Part shown: positions 50,022-58,451 of the stretch, piece after piece
Position numbering within the stretch: the first letter of the stretch is position 1
Layout of the letters: every line of letters begins with the position of its first letter
Program-made: the position numbers and the translations under genes
Assembly (NCBI GenBank): GCA_041394285.1
Contig: JAWKIL010000009.1
Location: 108,458-172,457 of the forward strand
Length of the DNA stretch: 64,000 nucleotides
Direction of reading: 5' to 3'
Source: Acidimicrobiales bacterium
GTDB lineage: Bacteria; Actinomycetota; Acidimicrobiia; Acidimicrobiales; SZUA-35
Notes under the pieces: model-generated
The model's input: only the letters and a program-made list of their open reading frames with translations
Told to the model about the DNA's origin: nothing
The model's database searches: none

Positions 50022-50035
50022 GTGACACGGATCAC
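50022..50035. promoter_or_regulatory. CRP/FNR-type palindrome candidate (GTGA-N6-TCAC)
   Basis: The site is gtgacacggatcac, immediately downstream of the candidate -10 hexamer. It was found by eye only. Confidence 0.3.
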
Positions 50036-50179
50036 GTCGGCCAGGACAGCAGCCTACCAGCTGCACCCCTCCTGGTTCGACGCGCCCGTGAGCAAGCGAG
50101 CTGAGTAGCCGTTGTGCAATGAAGGACAAACGTAGCTACAAGACCAAATTTGTACCCAAAGCCACACCGGGGAGGAAGA

Positions 50180-50521
50180 GTGGCAGTAGCTAACTGGGAC
50201 GTCGTTTCACCCGAATTCGCTGAATTCGAACGAATTGCCCAACGGCTGGCCGATAGGTCAGTTGCCCCCAAGCCCGACTTGTCCTGGCGCCTGGAGGCGT
50301 CATGCCGCGACACGAGCCCCACGCTGTTCTTCCCCATCGGGACGACCGGCCAGGCCGTGGATCAGATCGCGGCGGCCAAGGAGGTGTGCATGGGCTGTCC
50401 AGCCCGTGTTCCCTGCCTGGAATTCGCTCTGAGCACCAACCAGGACTCCGGTGTCTGGGGCGCCACCTCGGAAGAGGAGCGTCGCCACCTGCGCCGTACG
50501 TACCTGAGCCGTCGTCGTTGA
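50180..50521 (+). CDS. whiB1: WhiB1/WblE-like Fe-S transcription factor
   Basis: CRDTSPTLFFPIGTTGQAVDQIAAAKEVCMGCPARVPCLEFALSTNQDSGVWGATSEEERRHLRR closely parallels mycobacterial WhiB1. The GTG at 50180 follows GGAGGAAGA. Alternative starts are TTG 50150 and TTG 50279. Confidence 0.85.
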   Translation: MAVANWDVVSPEFAEFERIAQRLADRSVAPKPDLSWRLEASCRDTSPTLFFPIGTTGQAVDQIAAAKEVCMGCPARVPCLEFALSTNQDSGVWGATSEEERRHLRRTYLSRRR

Positions 50522-50544
50522 TTCGACGCTGTCCGATGTAGAGC

Positions 50545-50570
50545 CGGCGGCACAGCAGCGAGTGCCGCCG
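50545..50570 (+). terminator. Intrinsic-terminator-like hairpin after whiB1-like gene
   Basis: The stem is cggcggcac / gtgccgccg (9 bp) with an 8-nt loop, followed by ccctctttcc. Confidence 0.5.
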
Positions 50571-50673
50571 CCCTCTTTCCACTGTACTCCCCCACCCTCA
50601 CTCCCTTTTCGGGACGTTCCGCCGCAGGCGAGACTCGGCGCCGCCGGAGGCGACACGCCACCAGAAGCGACCT

Positions 50674-52119
50674 TCAGCGGGGAGCGAGTGAGACCGTGAG
50701 TTGCGCCACGGTCCCCCGTTCCGGTGGTGTGGCCGGGCGGATGGTGAGCCGGCCACCGAGCTCCCCCTTGACGAGGGTGTTGATGATCGTCAGGCCGAGA
50801 CCCGGCTCGGCGTCGAGGTCGAAGCCGTCGGGCAGGCCCACGCCGTTGTCGTGGACGCTGACCGTCATCTCGGTGTTGGAGTAGACGAGCTCCACCGTGA
50901 CCGTGCCGCCCTCGGACCCGGGCGGGAACCCGTGCTCCACCGCGTTCTGCACCAGCTCGTTGAGCACGACGGCCAGCGAGCTGGCGGCCGTCGTGTTGAG
51001 CACCGGACCGTCTCCCAGCAGCCGGATCTGGATGGGCACCACGCCGTTGTGGGCGGCCATGTCGAGGATCGGCCGCACCACGTCACCGAAGATCACGTCA
51101 TCGCCGCCGCCCCGCGACAGCAGCTCGTGCACGATGGCGATGGTGGCGATGCGCCGCTCGGCCTCGTTGATGGCCTCCTTGGCTTCGGGGGCCGTGACCC
51201 GGCGGGCCTGGATCCGCAACAGCGACGACACCGTCTGCAGGTTGTTCTTCACCCGGTGGTGGATCTCCCGGATGGTGGCGTCCATCGACACCAGCAGCCG
51301 CTCCCGGCTCCGCAGCTCCGACACGTCGCGCATCAGCACCAGGGCCCCGTCGACCACGCCGTTGGTGATCAGGGGCACGATCCGGGCCAGGATGGTGACG
51401 TCGTCGGTTCGCTCCAGCTCTTCCACCGCCGGCACCTTGAGGCTGAACACGGTCCGGGCCGTCTCGGCCCGGAACCCGAGGTCTTCCAGCTTGCGGCCGG
51501 CGATCGTGCCATGGAACCCGAGCCGGTGGAAGGCCGACACGGCGTTGGGTGAGGAGTAGACGATGGCGGTCAGGCGGTCGAGCACCAGGGCGCCGTCGCC
51601 CACCCGGGGCGACTCCTCCAGCTCGTCTTCGTAGGGGAACGGGAAGTTCCCGTCGGCGATCATCTGGGCCAGACGGTGGAAGACGCCGAGGTAGGCCAGC
51701 TCCAGGTCACCCAGCGGGCGGTGGCCGAGGTGGGGCGATTCCCGGCTGACGACGGCGATCACCCGGCCCTTGCACGTGACCGGGATGGCGGTGACGCGGG
51801 CCCGGGTGCCGGCCTCGGCCAGGTCTATCTCTTCCTCCACGATCTTCCCGGTGGCCAACGCCTCGGCGATCATGGGTCGGTTGGCCATGGGAACGAAGCG
51901 GCCGATCTGGTCGTCCCGGTAGATGGTCTGGGCCGTGGTGGGCCGGATCTGGCCCAGGCACACCAGGCGATCACCGGCCGGGGTGGGAGCGACCAGCAGG
52001 AGGTCGGCGAAGCACAGATCGGCCACCGGCCCCCAGGCCGCCACCAGGCGGCGCAGGTGCTCCCGTTCCTCCGACCCGAGCTCGGTGTGCCCTCGGGCGA
52101 TGTCGCTCAGGCTGGCCAT
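50674..52119 (-). CDS. pdtaS: PdtaS-like cytoplasmic sensor histidine kinase (GAF-PAS-HisKA_2-HATPase)
   Basis: DATIREIHHRVKNNLQTVSSLLRIQARR carries the phospho-accepting His. ELVQNAVEHGF and GLGLTI are present. The N-terminal LADLCFADLLLV region and the adjacency to whiB1 match mycobacteria. Confidence 0.8.
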   Translation of the reverse strand: MASLSDIARGHTELGSEEREHLRRLVAAWGPVADLCFADLLLVAPTPAGDRLVCLGQIRPTTAQTIYRDDQIGRFVPMANRPMIAEALATGKIVEEEIDLAEAGTRARVTAIPVTCKGRVIAVVSRESPHLGHRPLGDLELAYLGVFHRLAQMIADGNFPFPYEDELEESPRVGDGALVLDRLTAIVYSSPNAVSAFHRLGFHGTIAGRKLEDLGFRAETARTVFSLKVPAVEELERTDDVTILARIVPLITNGVVDGALVLMRDVSELRSRERLLVSMDATIREIHHRVKNNLQTVSSLLRIQARRVTAPEAKEAINEAERRIATIAIVHELLSRGGGDDVIFGDVVRPILDMAAHNGVVPIQIRLLGDGPVLNTTAASSLAVVLNELVQNAVEHGFPPGSEGGTVTVELVYSNTEMTVSVHDNGVGLPDGFDLDAEPGLGLTIINTLVKGELGGRLTIRPATPPERGTVAQLTVSLAPR

Positions 52120-52156
52120 CGGCCCAGGCTACCGGTGGCCCCCGGGACATCTTGAA

Positions 52157-52197
52157 CTGTGGCGCCAGCGCGCAGACCACAGCATCTGGCGCCACAG
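52157..52197 (-). terminator. 12-bp perfect inverted repeat between the ArsA-like gene and pdtaS
   Basis: The stem is ctgtggcgccag / ctggcgccacag with a 17-nt loop. Whether it acts as a terminator or an operator was not determined. Confidence 0.4.
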
Positions 52198-52216
52198 ATC
52201 CCGCCGGGGGGTGGGC

Positions 52217-53317
52217 TCAGTCGAGCAGGGCCAGGAGCTGGGACACGGTGTTGACGGTGCCGGGCTGCCAGTCCACAGCTCGAACGGCGAGCCCGGCGGG
52301 CCCGACGGCGGAGCCGCGGCGACGCAGAGCGGTCAACGTCTGGTCGTGGCGGAGCAGGTCGGTCATGGCCCGGGCCAGCTCGGGATCCTGCACGGCGCCC
52401 TCCACCACCTCGGCCGCCACCGCCCCCGGGGGCACGGCGGGCAACGCCCGGTTGTGGAGCACCACGTCGGGGGCGTGGCCCCGGGCCGCCAACTCATCGA
52501 GGAGCAGGCCGCCGGCCTCCAGAGCGGCCGGTTCGGCCGTCGTGACCAGCACATAGCCGGTGCCGGGATCGTCGAGCCGGCGCCCCACCTCCACCGACCG
52601 GGCCACCAGGCTCGGGCGGAGCTGGACGAACAGCCAGAAGAACTCGGCGATGCCGGCCAGGAAGCCCTGGCCCAGGAGGCGCTCGGCCACGGCCAGGAAC
52701 GGCTTGGCCGTGGCCCGGGCCAGACGGGTCTGGTACGGGGCGATCAGCCACCGCAGCAGCCGGGAGTCGAAGAACTCGACCATGCGCCCGGGGGCGTCGA
52801 GGATGTCGATGGCGTGGGTCGACGGCGGGGTGTCGATCACCACCAGGTCGTAGCGGTCGTCGTCGGCCAGGTCGCACATCAGGTCGAGGGCGATGTAGTC
52901 GTGGCTCTGGACGAAGCGGGTGGTGAGCGACCGGTACAGCGGGTTGCCGAGCAGGGCATCGATCTCCGCCGGGCCGGGGCCGTGGCGGCGGACCAGCTCG
53001 TCCCAGGACCGGCTCATGTCCACCATCAGCGCCCACAGCCGGCCGGCCGGCGCGGCCTTGCCCCGGGCCTTCAGGGGCACGAGCACGGGGTCGGCCGGAA
53101 CCTGCTCCACACCGAGGGCCTCGGCCAGGCGGCGGGCCGGGTCCACGGTGACCACCAACACCCGGCGGCCGTGGCGCTGGGCGGCCCGGGCGGCCAGGGC
53201 GGCGGCCAACGTCGTCTTGCCCACTCCGCCCGGCCCCACCACCAGGAGCACCGATCGATGGGCCAACAGCTCGTCGATGTCGGCTCCCGCCTCACCGCCG
53301 TTGGCGGCGGTCACCAT
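52217..53317 (-). CDS. ArsA/Get3-like ATPase (second of a pair)
   Basis: The P-loop is VVGPGGVGKTTLAAALA. The ATG at 53317 overlaps the upstream gene's stop (ATGGTGA). Confidence 0.8.
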   Translation of the reverse strand: MVTAANGGEAGADIDELLAHRSVLLVVGPGGVGKTTLAAALAARAAQRHGRRVLVVTVDPARRLAEALGVEQVPADPVLVPLKARGKAAPAGRLWALMVDMSRSWDELVRRHGPGPAEIDALLGNPLYRSLTTRFVQSHDYIALDLMCDLADDDRYDLVVIDTPPSTHAIDILDAPGRMVEFFDSRLLRWLIAPYQTRLARATAKPFLAVAERLLGQGFLAGIAEFFWLFVQLRPSLVARSVEVGRRLDDPGTGYVLVTTAEPAALEAGGLLLDELAARGHAPDVVLHNRALPAVPPGAVAAEVVEGAVQDPELARAMTDLLRHDQTLTALRRRGSAVGPAGLAVRAVDWQPGTVNTVSQLLALLD

Positions 53318-54312
53318 CGGGCCGCCGCCAGGGCGTCGGCCACGGCGGCCACGGGATGGGCCGGCTGGTCGGGCACCTCCACCATGGGGAGGCCGAGAGC
53401 GGCCAGTCGCTCCTGCTGAGCGCGCCACGACCGGTGGCGGGCCACCGCCAGGGTGGCCACCGGGGCCAGGGGATCGCCGGCCGCCGCCAGCCGACCGGCC
53501 TCGGCCTCACCGACCGGCCCGATGGGGGGCGGCAGCCGGTTTGCCACCAGGCCCGACACCATCACCCTGGTCTCGGCGTCCAACCGGGCCATCAGCTCGG
53601 CCGTCTCGCTCACCACCAGCTCCTCGCCCAGCGACACGGCCACGGCCCGGGTGATGGCCGGGTCGGCCAGCAGGGCCGAGAGCCATACCGTGTCGTCGTG
53701 GAGGGGGCCCCGGCCGACCAGGGGGCGCAGCGCATCGGGCGCCGACAGCAGTTCCACCACGTGGCCGGTGGCCGGGCCGTCGACGATCACCTGGTCCCAG
53801 GCGCCGGTGCGGACCTCGTGCCCGATCTTGCCGATGGCGAGGATCTCCCGGACGGCGGGGGCGGCCGTGGCCACGAAGTCGAGGATCCGGGCCAGCGGGC
53901 CCACCACCCGGGCGCCGGCGGCCAGCTTGAGGTTCATCCGCAGGTACTGCTCCAGCGCCGCCTCGGTGCTGAGGGCCAGCAGGCTGGGATGGCCCGGGCC
54001 GCCCGCTGTGATCACCCCGGGCGTGACCGGCCGACCCCACGACAGGGCCGACGCCAGACCGCCGGCGGCGGTGGCGTCGACGGCCAGGATGCGCCCGCCG
54101 GCCGAGGCCGCCCGCAGAGCGAGCGCCGCGGCCACCGTGCTACGGCCGGCGCCGCCCTTTCCCACCACGACGAGCAGAGGGGCGTCGAAGGGCGAAGCAG
54201 ACGTGGCTGGGCCCCTCAGCTGGCGGGAGGCGGGGTCAGACCCCGAAGCCGATGCGGCGCTCGGTGTCGGCCGTGCCCAGCTCGAAGAAGCTGATCCGGG
54301 CGGCGGGGACAC
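53311..54312 (-). CDS. ArsA/Get3-like ATPase (first of a pair)
   Basis: The P-loop is VVVGKGGAGRSTVAAALA. An ATG start at 54312 would overlap the DUF3107 gene by 77 nt, so the start is uncertain. Confidence 0.75.
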   Translation of the reverse strand: MSPPPGSASSSWARPTPSAASASGSDPASRQLRGPATSASPFDAPLLVVVGKGGAGRSTVAAALALRAASAGGRILAVDATAAGGLASALSWGRPVTPGVITAGGPGHPSLLALSTEAALEQYLRMNLKLAAGARVVGPLARILDFVATAAPAVREILAIGKIGHEVRTGAWDQVIVDGPATGHVVELLSAPDALRPLVGRGPLHDDTVWLSALLADPAITRAVAVSLGEELVVSETAELMARLDAETRVMVSGLVANRLPPPIGPVGEAEAGRLAAAGDPLAPVATLAVARHRSWRAQQERLAALGLPMVEVPDQPAHPVAAVADALAAARW

Positions 54313-54469
54313 CGATCTCCTTGCCCTTGCGATCGGTGAGCCAGAGCACGGCGCTCTCGTCGGCCAGGGTCTGGTCGACCTGCTTGCGAAGCGCTGCCCG
54401 ATCCGTCTCGTCGGCGAGCTCGAGCTCGATCACCTGGCCGGTCTGGGCGATCCCGATGCGGACATCCAT
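54236..54469 (-). CDS. DUF3107-family small protein
   Basis: MDVRIGIAQTGQVIELELADETDR...LWLTDRKGKEIGVPAARISFFELG is present. 77 aa. Confidence 0.7.
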   Translation of the reverse strand: MDVRIGIAQTGQVIELELADETDRAALRKQVDQTLADESAVLWLTDRKGKEIGVPAARISFFELGTADTERRIGFGV

Positions 54470-54580
54470 GGGTGCAAACCTAGCGGTTGCGCCCCCGACG
54501 CTGGCGTATCTGGCCGAACCTTGTGAAGAAATGCCGACCGGAGCGGCACAAGGTGACACGGTTCGGCCCCAGCGGGGGCG

Positions 54581-55738
54581 TCAGACGATCTTCAGCTCGC
54601 TGCGGAAACGCTTGCGGGGGGCGAGCTCCACATCGACCCGCTCGGCCAGGGCGGCGAAGGCAGCGCCGGCTTCGCTGGCGGCATCGAGGGCGATGGGGTC
54701 GCCCACGTCGCCCCCGGCCCGCAGCGCCGGGACCAGCGGGATCTGGGCCAGCAGGGGCACCCCGAGATCGGTAGCCAGCTCCTGGCCGCCACCGGCGCCG
54801 AACAGCTCGTAGCGCTTGCCGTCGTCGCCGGTGAACCAGCTCATGTTCTCGATCACGCCCGACACGGTGATGTGCACCTTGTGGGCCATGTAGGCGGCAC
54901 GCTGGGCCACCTTCTGGGCCGCCGGCTGGGGGGTGGTGACCACCAGCAGCTCGGCCCGGGGCAGGAACTGGGCCAGCGACAGGGCGATGTCCCCGGTTCC
55001 CGGGGGCAGGTCGACGATCAGGTAGTCGGGGTCGTCCCAGAAGACGTCGGTCAGGAACTGCTCGAGGGCCTTGTGCAGCATGGGGCCCCGCCAGATCACG
55101 GGCTGGTTCTCCTCCACGAAGAACCCCATCGACATGCAGCGGACGCCGTTGGCCTCGGGCGGCACGATCATCTGGTCGATGACCACCGGATCCCGATCGA
55201 CGCCCAGCATCCGGGGGATGGAGAAGCCCCACACGTCGGCGTCGACCACGGCCACCCGCCGGGGGGTGCCGTCGGGGCCCGGCCGGGCGGCCAGGGCGAC
55301 GGCCAGGTTGGTGGTGACCGAGCTCTTGCCCACACCGCCCTTGCCCGAGGCCACCAGGATCACCCGGGTGCGGTTGTCGGCGTCGGCGAAGGGGATGGCC
55401 CGGCCCTCGGCGTGGCCGTGGCCCTGGTGGGTGCCGGCGGTGGCCGAGGGGTCGCCGTGGAGCTTCTGGCGCAGGGCCGCCCGCTGCTCGTCGGTCATGA
55501 CGCCGAACTCCACCACCACGTCGTTCACGCCGTCGAGGGCGGTGACGGCGGCCGTGACGGCCCGGTTGATCTCGGCCCGCAGGGGGCAGCCGGCCACGGT
55601 CAGATCCACCCCCACCGTGACCGTGGGACCGGCGATCGCCACCTGGCGGACCATGTCGAGCTCGACGATGCTGCGCCCCAGCTCGGGGTCGTTCACGGGG
55701 CGGAGGGCTTCGATGACAGCGGATTCGGTGAGGGCCAC
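54581..55738 (-). CDS. mrp: Mrp/ApbC/NBP35-family Fe-S cluster carrier ATPase
   Basis: An N-terminal DUF59-like block (LRPVNDPELGRSIVELDMV) and the deviant Walker A VASGKGGVGKSSVTTNLA are present. The start is GTG. Confidence 0.9.
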   Translation of the reverse strand: MALTESAVIEALRPVNDPELGRSIVELDMVRQVAIAGPTVTVGVDLTVAGCPLRAEINRAVTAAVTALDGVNDVVVEFGVMTDEQRAALRQKLHGDPSATAGTHQGHGHAEGRAIPFADADNRTRVILVASGKGGVGKSSVTTNLAVALAARPGPDGTPRRVAVVDADVWGFSIPRMLGVDRDPVVIDQMIVPPEANGVRCMSMGFFVEENQPVIWRGPMLHKALEQFLTDVFWDDPDYLIVDLPPGTGDIALSLAQFLPRAELLVVTTPQPAAQKVAQRAAYMAHKVHITVSGVIENMSWFTGDDGKRYELFGAGGGQELATDLGVPLLAQIPLVPALRAGGDVGDPIALDAASEAGAAFAALAERVDVELAPRKRFRSELKIV

Positions 55739-55841
55739 GAGCTGCTCCTGGAGGGGTGAGGAACGGGGCGCCGGCGCTTCGTCGGCGGCGTCCGAATTTC
55801 TCCTACGGGCATAGGAAGAATCTGTCAGCTAGGCTATCCAT

Positions 55842-56624
55842 GTGGCCCAGCGAGCCCTCAACCCGACGGAATTCGCCAACCTGGTGAACGCCATCACCTC
55901 GGCGTTCGGCGACCCGACGCGGCGCGACATCTATCTGCTGATCCACGAGCACCCCGACGGGCTCACGGCCAGCGAGGTGGCCGAGGCGACCGGGCTGCAC
56001 GCCAACGTGGCCCGCCACCACCTCGACAAGCTGGTGGGCGGCAGCTACGTGGAGGTGAGCCAGCGCCAGTCCACCGGGGCCGGGCGGCCGGCCAAGGTGT
56101 ACCGGGCGGCCGAGCCGGGCTTGGCCCTCGAGTTCGACGTCCGCCACGACGACATCCTCGTCACCCTGCTGGGCAAGGCCCTGTCCCGGCTGGGCGAGGC
56201 GGAGGCGGCGGCCCTGGCCGAAGAGGTCGGCCTCGAGTTCGGCAAGCAGATGGCGGCATCCATGGGCACGAGCACCGAGGGCCAGCGGTCGTTCCGCTCG
56301 GCCCTCCACGTGGTGGCCGACGCCCTGTCGGCCCACGGCTTCGCCGCCCACGCCGAGCGCCACGGCGAGGAGCTGCGGATCGTGTCGAGCCACTGCCCCT
56401 TCGGCGACGTGGCCATCGAGCACCCCGTGATCTGCGCCGTCGACCGGGGGATGGTCAAGGGCCTGCTGGGCTCGCTCTACGGCGAGACCCAGGTGGCGCT
56501 CAGCTCGTCGGTGGCCAAGGGCGACGACTCGTGCGTGGCCGATGTCAGCGAGGTGGCCGAGTCCCTGGATCCGGCCGACGACGCTGCCATTGCCGGGCGA
56601 TCTCGCGAGAAGATCGCGCCGTAG
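55842..56624 (+). CDS. Winged-helix (ArsR-like) transcriptional regulator with Cys-containing C-terminal domain (SufR-like architecture)
   Basis: The N-terminal FGDPTRRDIYLLIHEHPDGLTASEVAEATGLHANVARHHLDKLV is an HTH. The C-terminal SHCPFGDVAIEHPVICAVDRG and CVADV carry cysteines. It is divergent from mrp. The SufR analogy is inference. Confidence 0.65.
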   Translation: MAQRALNPTEFANLVNAITSAFGDPTRRDIYLLIHEHPDGLTASEVAEATGLHANVARHHLDKLVGGSYVEVSQRQSTGAGRPAKVYRAAEPGLALEFDVRHDDILVTLLGKALSRLGEAEAAALAEEVGLEFGKQMAASMGTSTEGQRSFRSALHVVADALSAHGFAAHAERHGEELRIVSSHCPFGDVAIEHPVICAVDRGMVKGLLGSLYGETQVALSSSVAKGDDSCVADVSEVAESLDPADDAAIAGRSREKIAP

Positions 56625-56735
56625 ACCCGACCGGCGCCGGCACACGGCGCGTGCTGTCGGCGATCGAATCGTTTTACCTACTCGCGGAACGGCTGCAACC
56701 CCACATAGATTGGGAGGAGCGAGGGAGGTGCGGGG

Positions 56736-58451
56736 ATGCTGCGGCAAGGGTGGAGGCCTGGCGGCTCAGGGGTCGGAGGATCCTCGCCGCTCTTCTGCGG
56801 CCCCGATGAGCGCCATCTCGATCTGCCGTTCCTGCTGGGGGACGTCGTTCTCACCTACCGCCCAGTCTATGAGCTGGGCGATGAGATCATCGCGCCCTGG
56901 GCTTCCTCCCGCAGCCTGCTGTTCATCGACGGGGTCAACCGACCGGCGTCCATCGCCGCCTACCTCGCCGCACTGCGAGCGGGGCACGTTGTCCACCTGC
57001 TCGATAGCTCGAAGGACGAGGCGAACCGCGAGCTGATCCGGCGCTACGCCCCGACCGGCGTGGTCCACATCGACGACGACGGAGCCTGGCGCCGCGAGCC
57101 GGTGACCACCGGCCCCCACCCGGCGCTGCACCCCGACCTGGCCGTGCTGCTCTCGACCTCGGGAACGACCGGATCGTCCAAGTTCGTCAAGCTCTCCTAC
57201 CGCAACGTGGCCGCCAACACCGCCTCGATCGTCGAGTACCTGGGCCTCACCGCTGACGACCGCTCGATCACCGTGCTCAAGCCCTTCTATTCCTACGGCT
57301 ATTCGGTCATCAACACCCACGCCGCAGTCGGGGGCAGCCTCGTGCTCACCGATCTGTCGGTGCAGAGCCCGGAACTGTGGTCGCTCGCCTACCGGAGCGG
57401 CATCACCAACGTCCCCGGCGTACCGCACACGTTCCAGGTCATGCGAGCCACCTCGATCGACTGGAACCGGCTGGACCGGCTGCGCTTCCTCACCCAGGCC
57501 GGCGGGCGCATGGAGCCGGGCCTGGTCCGGCACTTCGCCCGGCTGGGCGAGGAGCGGGGCTGGTCGCTGTTCGTGATGTACGGCCAGACCGAGGGCGGGC
57601 CCCGCCTGAGCTATCTCCCGCCCTCTTACGCCGCCCGGTATCCCGAGTCGATCGGGGTGGCCGTTCCCGGTGGCACGTTCGAGCTCGTCGACGACGACGG
57701 CGCCGTTTTGGAGGGCGCCGACGTTGAGGGGGAGCTCGTCTACCGGGGGCCGAACATCATGGTCGGGTACGCCCGGGCCGCAGCCGACCTCGGGACCGGC
57801 GAGGAGCTCCCTGCGCTCCACACCGGCGACATCGCCCGACGGAACGACGTCGGGCTGTACGTGATCACCGGTCGCAAGTCGCGCTTCATTAAGTTCCTGG
57901 GGCTGCGGATCGGGCTCGATGAGATCGAGTCGGCCCTCGAGGCCGACGGCTACCGGGCGGCGGTCGCTGGCACCGACGAGGGGCTGCGGGTGGCCGTCGA
58001 GTCACCGGCCGACGGTCCCTCCATCGGCGCCCGCCTCACCGCCGCCTACGGGCTACCGGCCCAGTTCGTGTCGGTGGCCGTGGTCGAGTCCCTCCCCCGG
58101 CTCACGAACGGCAAGGTCGACTACCAGTCGCTCCTGACCGCAGCGGCGCCGCCCACCCGGCTCTGGCCGGCCCTCCGCCGGTTCGTCTCCCAGATCCGCT
58201 GCGAGGTCGGGGCCATACTGCTGGGCCGGGAGACCTCGGTGTCCGACGTGCCGGAGGCGTTCGCGCTGGTATTTCCGAACCGTCCGGTGCCGCTCGATCA
58301 GAGCTTCGTCGGGCTCGGTGGCGATTCGCTCGGCTTCGTGCAACTGACCGTTTACCTGGAGGAGCTCATGGACGACCTGCCCGCAGACTGGCCGGAGCGG
58401 TCGGTGGCCGATCTGCAGTCCCTCGCCCGGAGCCGACATGCCGCCGTGTGA
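56736..58451 (+). CDS. Adenylation (ANL) domain fused to a peptidyl/acyl carrier protein
   Basis: Adenylation core motifs are LSTSGTTGSSKF, YGQTE, TGDIARR, GRKSRFIKFLGLRIGLDEIE and NGKVD. The carrier motif is FVGLGGDSLGFVQL. The RBS GGGAGG lies upstream of the ATG. Confidence 0.8.
   Translation: MLRQGWRPGGSGVGGSSPLFCGPDERHLDLPFLLGDVVLTYRPVYELGDEIIAPWASSRSLLFIDGVNRPASIAAYLAALRAGHVVHLLDSSKDEANRELIRRYAPTGVVHIDDDGAWRREPVTTGPHPALHPDLAVLLSTSGTTGSSKFVKLSYRNVAANTASIVEYLGLTADDRSITVLKPFYSYGYSVINTHAAVGGSLVLTDLSVQSPELWSLAYRSGITNVPGVPHTFQVMRATSIDWNRLDRLRFLTQAGGRMEPGLVRHFARLGEERGWSLFVMYGQTEGGPRLSYLPPSYAARYPESIGVAVPGGTFELVDDDGAVLEGADVEGELVYRGPNIMVGYARAAADLGTGEELPALHTGDIARRNDVGLYVITGRKSRFIKFLGLRIGLDEIESALEADGYRAAVAGTDEGLRVAVESPADGPSIGARLTAAYGLPAQFVSVAVVESLPRLTNGKVDYQSLLTAAAPPTRLWPALRRFVSQIRCEVGAILLGRETSVSDVPEAFALVFPNRPVPLDQSFVGLGGDSLGFVQLTVYLEELMDDLPADWPERSVADLQSLARSRHAAV

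Noticed and set aside
55798-55820. An imperfect inverted repeat, ttctcctacgggcataggaagaa, in the mrp/regulator divergent spacer, considered as an operator.
   Set aside because: The half-sites are only 4+4 bp and need a 1-nt bulge. That is too weak to call without a motif model.
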